From positions 576,001-640,000 of the forward strand of contig CAVWUU010000004.1 of NCBI GenBank assembly GCA_963758295.1: DNA of 64,000 nt, given 5' to 3'. The notes beneath the pieces were generated by a model. It made no database searches and was not told the DNA's origin. It worked only from the letters and a program-made list of their open reading frames with translations. Both the position numbers and the translations under genes were made by a program. Source of the DNA: Candidatus Eremiobacteria bacterium (GTDB taxonomy: Bacteria; Vulcanimicrobiota; Vulcanimicrobiia; Vulcanimicrobiales; Vulcanimicrobiaceae). Shown here piece by piece: positions 48,862 through 57,657 of this stretch (the stretch's first letter is position 1; every line of letters begins with the position of its first letter).

Positions 48862-49887
48862 TTGAAAGTTCTGCGCGTCCTTCGCACAATTGTCGCCTCG
48901 GCTCTCATTGCCGTCGCGAGCGCGTGCAGCTCTGCCACGCACGGCGGAGCCGCCGGTCCGAAGGTCGGCGTGGAATTACCGCTGCTGACATCTCCGTTTT
49001 GGCAAGCCTACGAAGCGTATCTGCCGCAATATGCAAGCAAGACCGGAGTCGATCTCGTCGGCCCTTCGAGCGCCGACGGCGACACGAATAAATTCCTGAC
49101 CGACACGCAAAGCTTCATTACCGAAGGCGCAAACGGGCTCGTGCTTTCGCCCACCGACACGGCCGCCGCTTCTTCTACGCTAGCGAAAGCGGCTGAGGCA
49201 AAGATCCCCGTCGTTACGGTAGATGTTGCGCCCGATCGCGGTCCGGCCTTTATGGTGGTTCGTGCCGATAACCGTGCTTATGGAACGCAAGCCTGCCAGT
49301 TTCTCGGCGCGCACGTTCGCAGCGGCGCCGTCGTACAAATCGAAGGCGACCTCACTTCGATCAACGGGCGCGAGCGCACCGAAGCCTTCGCGTCTTGCAT
49401 GCGCGGGCGCTTTCCGTCGCTTCGCGTACTCGCAGTGCCGGCAAACTGGGATGCTTCTAAAGCCGAATCCGGTCTTGAAGCGCTGTACACGGCAAATCCC
49501 GACATCAGAGGCATCTACTTGCAGGCCGGCGGCGTGTATCTGGCGCCGGCGCTTGCGGTGCTGCGGCGACACGACGCGCTCGTACCGGCCGGCGATGCAC
49601 GTCATATAACTATCGTCTCCAACGACGGCATTGCGCAGGAACTCGAGGCGATCCGCCGCGGCGACATCGACGCGACGGTTTCGCAGCCTGCCGATCTGTA
49701 TGCAAAATACGGCCTTTTCTACATTAAAGCCGCCCTCGCGAACCAGCATTTTCAGCCGGGCAAAACCGATCATGGCAGCACCATCGTGCGACTGCCCAAC
49801 GGACTGCTCGAAGACCGTCTGCCTGCGCCGCTGATCACGAAGGGTAACGTCAACGATCCCCGATTCTGGGGCAACGCCAAGAGTTAG
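48862..49887 (+). CDS. Sugar ABC transporter substrate-binding lipoprotein
   Basis: Lipobox ASAC, SPFWQ, VRADN, DATVSQP. Confidence 0.9.
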   Translation: MKVLRVLRTIVASALIAVASACSSATHGGAAGPKVGVELPLLTSPFWQAYEAYLPQYASKTGVDLVGPSSADGDTNKFLTDTQSFITEGANGLVLSPTDTAAASSTLAKAAEAKIPVVTVDVAPDRGPAFMVVRADNRAYGTQACQFLGAHVRSGAVVQIEGDLTSINGRERTEAFASCMRGRFPSLRVLAVPANWDASKAESGLEALYTANPDIRGIYLQAGGVYLAPALAVLRRHDALVPAGDARHITIVSNDGIAQELEAIRRGDIDATVSQPADLYAKYGLFYIKAALANQHFQPGKTDHGSTIVRLPNGLLEDRLPAPLITKGNVNDPRFWGNAKS

Positions 49888-49893
49888 CGGGCA

Positions 49894-51336
49894 ATGAGCA
49901 AAGCCGCTGAAGTCGTCGGCGTTGGAAAGCGTTTCGGAAATACCGTTGCGCTCGCCGACGTGTCGCTTACAATCGAACGCGGAAGCATTCACGCGCTCGT
50001 GGGCCGGAACGGCGCGGGCAAATCTACGCTCGTTTCCATTCTCACCGGACTCGTGCAACCGGATCGCGGCTCCGTTTATTTAGAGTCCGCACCTTCTTGC
50101 GTCTACCAGCATTCGAAGATTGTCCCGCACGTAAGCGTCGCGGAAAATATCTTTCTCAATCGTCAGCCGCGTTCGCGGTTCCACGCAATCGATTGGAAAG
50201 TGATGCGGCAGCAAGCGCGCGCGATGCTCATGGATTGGAACGTCGCGGTCCAGCCCGATGCGCCGGGGTCGGCGCTTTCCGTTGAAGAGTGCCAGCTCGT
50301 CGAAATTCTGCGCGCGCTGTGCTGCGGCTCGCGATTTCTCATTTTGGATGAGCCGACGGCGCGACTGGAAGGCACCGCCATCGAGCGGCTTTTCGCGCGT
50401 TTACGCCGGCTGAATGAGTCCGGCGTAACGATGCTCTTCATTTCGCACCATCTGCAAGAGCTTTACGCTTTGTGCGATACCGTAACCGTGTTACGCGACG
50501 GAATGTCCGTGGCGACGCGTCCCACGGCGGAGTTTCCGGCCGAAGCCGCGATCGAAGCGATGACGGGAAGCCCCCTGAGCGTCGCGCAAAGTCCGGCTGC
50601 ACCGATTGCCTCGACGGCGGCACCGGTGCTTACGGTTGAAGCTTTGTGCGGCGACGGCTTCGAAGACGTCACGTTTGAAGTAAGGCCCGGTGAAAGTGTT
50701 GGACTCGCGGGCATCGGCGGCAGCGGCAAAGTCTCGGTCGCAGAAACGATTGCGGGCATACTCGAACCGCGTAGCGGCGCGGTGTGCGTAGGTGGCGCAA
50801 GAATCCAGCCCGGTGTGCGCAAGGCGCTCGAAGCGGGAATCGGTTTCGTTCCGCGCGACCGTCATCGAGAAGGCTTGATCCCGCAGTTGAGCGTTGCGGA
50901 GAACGCGACCATCACGCTGGACGACCGGCTCGGTCCGCTTGGATGGATTATTCCGCGCCGGCGGGATGCCATTGCGCAACGGACGATCGAAGAATTTGCG
51001 ATCGCCGGCAGTGCCGCACAACGCGTCGACACCCTTTCCGGCGGAAATCAACAGAAGGTCGTTTATGCGCGTGCGCTTGCGCGTGGTCCCGCCGTGCTGA
51101 TTGCGATCGAGCCGACGGCGGGCGTTGACGTAGCTTCGAAAACGGCGCTGCACGAGCAGCTTCGAACGATGCTCCAGCGCGGCACCGGTGTCGTGGTTGT
51201 CTCCGACGATCTCGACGATCTTCGTGACTGCGATCGCATTATCGTGATGTTCAACGGCCGGCAAACGGCGGAGCTGTCTCGCGGATGGAGCGACGGCGAT
51301 TTGATCGCGAACATGGAAGGCTTAACGCGTGTCTGA
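49894..51336 (+). CDS. Sugar ABC transporter ATP-binding protein (CUT2, double NBD)
   Basis: GRNGAGKS, ILDEPT, ISHH, LSGGNQQK, EPTAGVD. Confidence 0.92.
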   Translation: MSKAAEVVGVGKRFGNTVALADVSLTIERGSIHALVGRNGAGKSTLVSILTGLVQPDRGSVYLESAPSCVYQHSKIVPHVSVAENIFLNRQPRSRFHAIDWKVMRQQARAMLMDWNVAVQPDAPGSALSVEECQLVEILRALCCGSRFLILDEPTARLEGTAIERLFARLRRLNESGVTMLFISHHLQELYALCDTVTVLRDGMSVATRPTAEFPAEAAIEAMTGSPLSVAQSPAAPIASTAAPVLTVEALCGDGFEDVTFEVRPGESVGLAGIGGSGKVSVAETIAGILEPRSGAVCVGGARIQPGVRKALEAGIGFVPRDRHREGLIPQLSVAENATITLDDRLGPLGWIIPRRRDAIAQRTIEEFAIAGSAAQRVDTLSGGNQQKVVYARALARGPAVLIAIEPTAGVDVASKTALHEQLRTMLQRGTGVVVVSDDLDDLRDCDRIIVMFNGRQTAELSRGWSDGDLIANMEGLTRV

Positions 51337-52297
51337 AGCGCTTCGCCTCCGGGCGCGAGAGATGGTGCTGCTTCCGGCGCTCGTCGTTCTGGTTGCAATC
51401 GGCGCATTCGTAAATCCGCATTTTCTTTCACCATCAAACATCATCGATATCCTAGGCGCTTGTTCTGCGCTCGCCTTGCTCGTACTGGGCGAATCGCTTG
51501 TGCTCATTGCCGGGAAATTCGATCTTTCGCTCGAGTCCACGGCCGGCCTTGCTCCGGCGCTTGGTGTGTTGCTTACCGCGTCCGTGAGCGCCCGCGGCTG
51601 GGGCATCGGACTACCGTGGTGGGCGGGATTGTTGGTCGTCCTCGCATTCGGCGCGCTCGCGGGTGCGTTCAATGGTCTGCTCGTCGTGCGCTTCCGCCTC
51701 AATGCGTTCATCGTAACGCTCGCAATGCTCATCATCTTGCGTGGCGTGCTGGTCGGCTTGACGAAAGGCAACACGCTCTTCGAAATGCCTGCGCAGTACT
51801 TGTTTCTCGGCGCACAAACGTGGCTGCACGTTCCCGTGTCGGTGTGGCTTGCGGCGGCGTGCTACATCGTTGGAGCGGCCGTGCTTCTGTACCACAGGCA
51901 CGGACGCGCGATCTACGCCATCGGTGGAAATGCCGTCGCGGCGCGAACGGCCGGCATCGACGTAGAGCGAACGACCTGGTGGTGTTATATCATCGCGGGA
52001 ATTCTTGCGGCAGTGGCAGGCTTGATTTTGAGCGGGAGGCTCGGCGCCGTTGCGGCGAGCCAGGGTCAAGGGATGATCTTCACCGTCTTCGCCGCCGCCG
52101 TTATCGGCGGCGTCAGCTTAGACGGCGGTCGCGGAACGCTCGGTGGGGCGCTCACCGGTGTGCTGCTTCTTGGCGTGCTGGACAATCTGCTTACGTTATC
52201 GCAAGTGCAAAGCTACTGGGTGCAAGCGATCTATGGAGCCATCATCTTGCTCGCGCTCACGCTCGCGCGCATCACCGGTGGCGAGCGGGAGCAATAA
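51329..52297 (+). CDS. Sugar ABC transporter permease
   Basis: GKFDLS, FIVTLAM, GRAIYAIGGN, AAAVIGGVSL.GGRG. Confidence 0.93.
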   Translation: MSEALRLRAREMVLLPALVVLVAIGAFVNPHFLSPSNIIDILGACSALALLVLGESLVLIAGKFDLSLESTAGLAPALGVLLTASVSARGWGIGLPWWAGLLVVLAFGALAGAFNGLLVVRFRLNAFIVTLAMLIILRGVLVGLTKGNTLFEMPAQYLFLGAQTWLHVPVSVWLAAACYIVGAAVLLYHRHGRAIYAIGGNAVAARTAGIDVERTTWWCYIIAGILAAVAGLILSGRLGAVAASQGQGMIFTVFAAAVIGGVSLDGGRGTLGGALTGVLLLGVLDNLLTLSQVQSYWVQAIYGAIILLALTLARITGGEREQ

Positions 52298-52298
52298 C

Positions 52299-52619
52299 GT
52301 GGAACGCGTAGCGCTGCATACGCGGCTTCGTCCGGGTACGGAAACGGAATACGACCGGGTCCACGCAACGATTCCGCCTGAGCTCGCCGCGCTACTTCGC
52401 GGTAGCGGCGTGTACGAGTGGCGCATTTTTCGCAGCGGCCGCGATGTATTTCACTACGTTGAAGTGGAAGATTATGCCGCGTTCTTGCGCGCCGTTCGCG
52501 ACGATCCGGTGAATGTCGCGTGGCAAGCGCGCATGGCGGAGCTCCTCGAAGTCGTTCACGACTACAACGCGGCGGAGACGAACCGGCTTCCCGCGGTTTG
52601 GGCTCTTTCGGAACAATGA
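52299..52619 (+). CDS. L-rhamnose/L-fucose mutarotase family
   Basis: GTG start; EYDRVH, WRIFRSG, WQARM. Confidence 0.85.
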   Translation: MERVALHTRLRPGTETEYDRVHATIPPELAALLRGSGVYEWRIFRSGRDVFHYVEVEDYAAFLRAVRDDPVNVAWQARMAELLEVVHDYNAAETNRLPAVWALSEQ

Positions 52620-53554
52620 TCCGGCGGCTGGTCTTCGGCGGCGCGCCCATCGGCGGACTCTTCGAAACGGTTTCCGACGAGATGGCGCAGGCTGCGTTGC
52701 AAAGCGCGTGGGACGCAGGCATTCGTGCGTTCGATACGGCGCCGCTCTACGGTTCAGGACTGTCGGAATCGCGCATCGGTGAATTCCTGCGTGATAAAGA
52801 CCGCACGTCGTTTTTCATCTCCACAAAAGTTGGACGCGTGCTCGTCCCGCAACAAAGTGCGAATGCTCGAGGCGACGGATTGGCGTCTTTCCAAGGCGCG
52901 CTGCCTTACGACACAGAGTTTGATTTCAGCTCCGCCGGCATCCGCGCGTCCCTCGAATCGAGCCTGCAGCGTCTCGGAATCGATTACGTCGACGTCGCAT
53001 TCATTCACGATCCCGACGAGCACCTGGATGAAGCCGCGGCGTTGGGCGTTCCTGCGCTGCGCCACCTGAAAGCCGAAGGACTCGTACGCGGGGTCGGTTT
53101 CGGGATGAATGCTGCAGCGCCGCTCGCAAAACTCGTCGAGTCCTGCCGCCCCGATTGCATCCTGATCGCCGGGCGCTACACCCTGCTAGACCGAACGGCC
53201 GCCGGCGAACTGCTTCCGCTTTGTGAACGCTACGGGGTTCGTGTCGTCGCCGGCGGCGTGTTCAACAGCGGCGTGCTCTCTCGCGACGTGCCCGCTGAGG
53301 ACGCCATGTTTCACTACCGGCAAGCCGATTCGCAGACGCTCGCGCGCGTTCGCGCGCTTGCCGCTGTTTGCCACGAGCACGGCGTTCCGCTGCCGGCGGT
53401 TGCTATGCAATACGTGTTACGCCATCCTGCCATTGATGGTGTCGTCGTCGGGATGCGGTCGCCGGATGAAGTTCGCGAAGATGTAGAGTTTGCATCGATG
53501 GCGGTTCCGCGAGATCTCTGGCGCGCGCTCGAGGCGAATGGAGTCATCGCATGA
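52616..53554 (+). CDS. Aldo/keto reductase, probable L-fucose (D-threo-aldose) 1-dehydrogenase
   Basis: FDTAPLYGSG.SE, STKVGR, IHDPD, AGRYTLLD, VFNSG. Confidence 0.88.
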   Translation: MIRRLVFGGAPIGGLFETVSDEMAQAALQSAWDAGIRAFDTAPLYGSGLSESRIGEFLRDKDRTSFFISTKVGRVLVPQQSANARGDGLASFQGALPYDTEFDFSSAGIRASLESSLQRLGIDYVDVAFIHDPDEHLDEAAALGVPALRHLKAEGLVRGVGFGMNAAAPLAKLVESCRPDCILIAGRYTLLDRTAAGELLPLCERYGVRVVAGGVFNSGVLSRDVPAEDAMFHYRQADSQTLARVRALAAVCHEHGVPLPAVAMQYVLRHPAIDGVVVGMRSPDEVREDVEFASMAVPRDLWRALEANGVIA

Positions 53555-54396
53555 TTGTCGACGCGCACCATCATTTATGGGATCCGGCGCTTCGCGAGTA
53601 CTCGTGGATGGATGAGACGGTCGCATCGATCGCGCGGCGCTTCGATCTCGCCGAGATGGACGAAGGCATTCCGCCTGAAGTCGCCGCCACAATCGTCGTG
53701 CAGGCAGCTTCTTCCCTCGAAGAAAGTGTCTCGCTGCTGGCGCTCGCCGCGAGCAGCCAACGCATCAAAGGCGTCGTCGGATGGATCGACCTCACGGCGG
53801 ATGCCGGCCAACAGCTCCTTCAGTTACGAAAATCGCGCGGTGGCGAATTTCTCGTGGGAATTCGTCACCAAGTGCAGGACGAGAGCGATCCACGTTGGCT
53901 TGTGCGCGATGAAGTAGTTGCCGGACTGACGGCCGTTCATGAGGCGGGACTGCTGTACGAATTGCTGGTTCGGACGCGCGAGTTGGACGCGGCCTATGAA
54001 GTTGCCACACGTTTGCCGCACATGTGTTTCGTTTTGGATCACGCCGCCAAGCCGCCTATCGCCGAAGGCGCCTTCGAACCGTGGGCAGCCAAAGTTTCCC
54101 GTCTCGCTTCTCTTTCGAACGTCACGTGCAAACTGAGCGGGCTCATTACCGAGGCGCGTTGGTACGCGTGGTCGGATGACGAAGTGCTTCCATACGCTCG
54201 GCACGTATTGCAAGTCTTCGGCCCATCGCGCGTGATGTTTGGATCCGATTGGCCGGTGTGTCTGCTTTCCGGCTCGTATGCAGACGTCAAGCGAGTTGCG
54301 GAGCGAACGTGCGAAGACCTCGACGAAGCTGAACGCGAAAGCGTGTTTTCGGGCAATGCGCTGGGCGTCTACCGCTTGCGGGCGCACCACCCGTGA
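53551..54396 (+). CDS. Amidohydrolase, probable L-fuconolactonase
   Basis: VDAHHHLWD, GIRHQVQ, LDHAAKP, KLSG, FGSDWP. Confidence 0.88.
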   Translation: MIVDAHHHLWDPALREYSWMDETVASIARRFDLAEMDEGIPPEVAATIVVQAASSLEESVSLLALAASSQRIKGVVGWIDLTADAGQQLLQLRKSRGGEFLVGIRHQVQDESDPRWLVRDEVVAGLTAVHEAGLLYELLVRTRELDAAYEVATRLPHMCFVLDHAAKPPIAEGAFEPWAAKVSRLASLSNVTCKLSGLITEARWYAWSDDEVLPYARHVLQVFGPSRVMFGSDWPVCLLSGSYADVKRVAERTCEDLDEAERESVFSGNALGVYRLRAHHP

Positions 54397-56531
54397 TTGC
54401 GCGGCGTGAGTTCATCGCGATGTGTTCGGCGCTGCCGCTGCTTGCCGCGATGCCATCACCGCCGGATGCGGCACTCTCGCGCATCGACGAATTGATTTCG
54501 CGCATGACGCTCGCCGAAAAAGTTACTCAGCTGACGAACGAAAGCGCCGGGATTCCGCGTCTCGGCATTCCCGCGTACAACTGGTGGAACGAAGCACTGC
54601 ATGGTGTTGCACGCGCCGGTATCGCAACGGTCTTTCCACAGGCTATCGGCATGGCAGCGACGTGGAATGCCTCGCTGATCGAGCGGGTCGGCGACGCCGT
54701 TTCGACCGAAGCCCGCGCAAAGTTCAATGCCGCTGACGTGCCCGACCACGGCTTGTATCACGGGCTCACGTTTTGGTCCCCGAACATCAATTTGTTTCGC
54801 GATCCCCGGTGGGGACGCGGACAAGAGACGTACGGCGAGGATCCGGTGCTCACGTCGGTGCTCGCCGGACATTACGTTGGCGGGCTCCAAGGCCGCGACC
54901 CGCAGTTTCTCAAGGCAGCCGCGTGTGCGAAACACTTCGCGGTGCATAGCGGGCCGGAACCTTTGCGCGATCACTTCAACGTGAACGTGGACGAAAAGAC
55001 GCTCAACGAGTATTATCTCGTCGCCTTTCGTCATTTGGTTCGCGATGCCGGCGTCGCAGGGGTGATGTCGGCGTACTCGTCGGTGGATGGAACGCCGTGT
55101 TCGGCCAACACGATGCTGCTGCGGGACAAGCTTCGCCACGCGTGGAGCTTTCAGGGATACGTTACGTCGGACTGCGGCGCCGTCGATGATTTGACGGACA
55201 CCTATCGCATTGCCAAAGACATGCCGCACGCGGCAGCGCTTGCATTGAACGCCGGCGTGGACGTTTCGTGCGGCGAGGCCTTTGCCTCGGCCGGGAAAGC
55301 CGTAGCGCAAGGACTTGTTTCCGAGTCACGCGTCGACGACGCTCTGCGCCGGTTACTCGGCATTCGCTTCCGCTTGGGATTGTTCGAGCCGCCGGACCGT
55401 CGCCCGTTTGCAAACATTAAACCGGCCGAGAACGATAGTCTGCAACATGCCGCACTGGCGCTGCAAACCGCGCGTGAAGCGATCGTGCTGTTAAAGAACG
55501 ACGCCATACTTCCGCTTTCGAAGGTTCGGACGATCGCACTCGTCGGACCTAATGCCGATTCCCTGGAGACGCTGCTTGGCAATTACAACGGCACACCGTC
55601 GCGCCCCGTAACGCTGCTCTCCGCGCTGCGCGAAAAGCTGGGCACGGCGCGAGTTCGGTACGTTCGCGGATGCGACTACGTTACGGAAGGCGGCGAAGGC
55701 GAGGCGGAAGCCGCGGTCGATATCGCACGCGAAAGCGACGTCGTCATTTTCGCCGGCGGCATTTCGCCTCGGCTCGAAGGCGAAGCCATGAAGGTTGACG
55801 CCGACGGATTTCTCGGCGGCGATCGAACGCGAATCGAGTTGCCGAAAGTGCAAACGGCGTTGATGCAGCAACTGGTGGCCACCGGAAAGCCGCTCGTGTA
55901 CGTCCAGTTCAGCGGCAGCGCTATTGCGTGCGTTTGGGAAGCCGGACATGCCAAGGCGGTCATGCAAGCGTGGTATCCCGGCGAATCGGGCGGAACGGCG
56001 ATTGCCGACGTCCTCTTCGGCGATTACAACCCGGCGGGGCGTCTGCCGGTAACGTTCTACTCGTCAACGGCGGATCTGCCGGCGTTCGAAGATTACCAGG
56101 TAACGAACCGGACGTACCGCCATTTCGCCGGCACGCCGCTTTTCGCGTTCGGCCATGGGTTGAGTTACACGCGGTTCAAGTACGGTCCGATGTCGACGCA
56201 GTTGCGCGGTGAAACCGTGGAAGTTTCCGTAACGGTGCAAAATGCCGGCGCTCGCGACGGCGACGAAGTTGTGCAGGTCTACGCGTACGCGCCGAACGGC
56301 TCGCTTGGGCGACAGCGGTTGTGCGGGTTTGCGCGCGCTTTCGTACCGCGGGGCCAGAGCAAGGCCGTCGCTTTGGAGATTCCGCTGGAACGTCTGGCTG
56401 GGTGGGATGAGGCACGCAAGCGATACGTTTTGCCCGCCGGCACCTACGAGTTACGGGTGAGTGCTTCTTCCGCGGACATTCGCTTGCGACACCCTCTCGC
56501 AATTGCGCGAGAACTATCGTGGCCGGCGTGA
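54393..56531 (+). CDS. GH3 beta-glucosidase/xylosidase with Tat-like signal
   Basis: ARREFI, WWNEALHG, WGRGQETYGED, KHF, TSDC, FGHGLSY. Confidence 0.93.
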   Translation: MIARREFIAMCSALPLLAAMPSPPDAALSRIDELISRMTLAEKVTQLTNESAGIPRLGIPAYNWWNEALHGVARAGIATVFPQAIGMAATWNASLIERVGDAVSTEARAKFNAADVPDHGLYHGLTFWSPNINLFRDPRWGRGQETYGEDPVLTSVLAGHYVGGLQGRDPQFLKAAACAKHFAVHSGPEPLRDHFNVNVDEKTLNEYYLVAFRHLVRDAGVAGVMSAYSSVDGTPCSANTMLLRDKLRHAWSFQGYVTSDCGAVDDLTDTYRIAKDMPHAAALALNAGVDVSCGEAFASAGKAVAQGLVSESRVDDALRRLLGIRFRLGLFEPPDRRPFANIKPAENDSLQHAALALQTAREAIVLLKNDAILPLSKVRTIALVGPNADSLETLLGNYNGTPSRPVTLLSALREKLGTARVRYVRGCDYVTEGGEGEAEAAVDIARESDVVIFAGGISPRLEGEAMKVDADGFLGGDRTRIELPKVQTALMQQLVATGKPLVYVQFSGSAIACVWEAGHAKAVMQAWYPGESGGTAIADVLFGDYNPAGRLPVTFYSSTADLPAFEDYQVTNRTYRHFAGTPLFAFGHGLSYTRFKYGPMSTQLRGETVEVSVTVQNAGARDGDEVVQVYAYAPNGSLGRQRLCGFARAFVPRGQSKAVALEIPLERLAGWDEARKRYVLPAGTYELRVSASSADIRLRHPLAIARELSWPA

Positions 56532-56549
56532 TGCCGACGCTCGATAGAA

Positions 56550-57600
56550 CATCGTCATGGTTAGGTGTAGAACCATGGTCGTAGAGAGGCGATTGTCATG
56601 GTGAGCTTGTCGAACCAGCGGCGGATATCCCCAGTGTCCCGTATGCGCCTGTCCTTCGACAAGCTCAGGATGACGGGGCGGGGTGTGATCGTCATGGTCA
56701 CGGGACGGGGTGTAATCGTCATGGTGACGGGGCGGGGTGTAATCGTCATGGTGAGCTTGTCGAACCAGAGGCGCATATCTGCTGAGCCTCGTATGCGCCT
56801 GTCCTTCGACAAGCTCAGGATGACGGAGCGGGGTGTAATCGTCATGGTGACGGGGCGGGGTGTAATCGTCATGGTGACGGGGCGGGGTGTAATCGTCATG
56901 GTGAGCTTGTCGAACCAGAAGCGCATATCCGCAGTGCCTCGTATGCGCCTGTCCTTCGACAAGCTCAGGATGACGGGGCGGGGTGTAATCGTCATGGTGA
57001 CGGGGCGGGGTGTAATCGTCATGGTGACGGGGCGGGGTGTAATCGTCATGGTGACGGGGCGGTGTAATCGTCATGGTGAGCTTGTCGAACCAGAGGCGCA
57101 TATCTGCTGAGTCCCGTATGCGCCTGTCCTTCGACAAGCTCAGGATGACGGGGCGGGTGTAATCGTCATGGTGACGGGGCGGGGTGTAATCGTCATGGTG
57201 AGCTTGTCGAACCAAAAGCGCATATCCGCAGTGCCTCGTATGCGCCTGTCCTTCGACAAGCTCAGGATGACGGGGCGGGGTGTAATCGTCATGGTGAGCT
57301 TGTCGAACCAGAGGCGCATATCCGCAGTGCCTCGTATGCGCCTGTCCTTCGACAAGCTCAGGATGACGGAGGGGGTGTAATCGTCATGGTGACGGGGCGG
57401 GGTGTAATCGTCATGGTGAGCTTGTCGAACCAGAGGCGCATATCAGCTGAGTCCCGTATGCGCCTGTCCTTCGACAAGCTCAGGAGACGGGGCGGGGTGT
57501 TGGCAGTGTTCCGTATGCGTTTGTCCTTCGACAAGCTCAGGATGACAAGCGCGTCGTTCGCTGGTTCTCCTTGCGGCATCGTGCGGCGATCAGCATGACG
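56550..57600. repeat. REP/REPIN-like array 5: seven 80-bp doublets interspersed with nine ~27-bp collapsed units
   Basis: Doublets from 56595; gtcatggtgacggggcggggtgtaatc occurs 2,2,3,1,0,1 times between them. Confidence 0.92.
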
Positions 57601-57657
57601 GGGCGGCGAATGAATGAGAACTGAAATAAAAGCCACGGACTTTGCAAAGGAGCACGC

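Noticed and set aside
9465..57600. Repeat arrays as CRISPR
   Set aside because: Intervening sequences are near-identical within each array, repeats mostly occur as inverted pairs, and no cas gene is present
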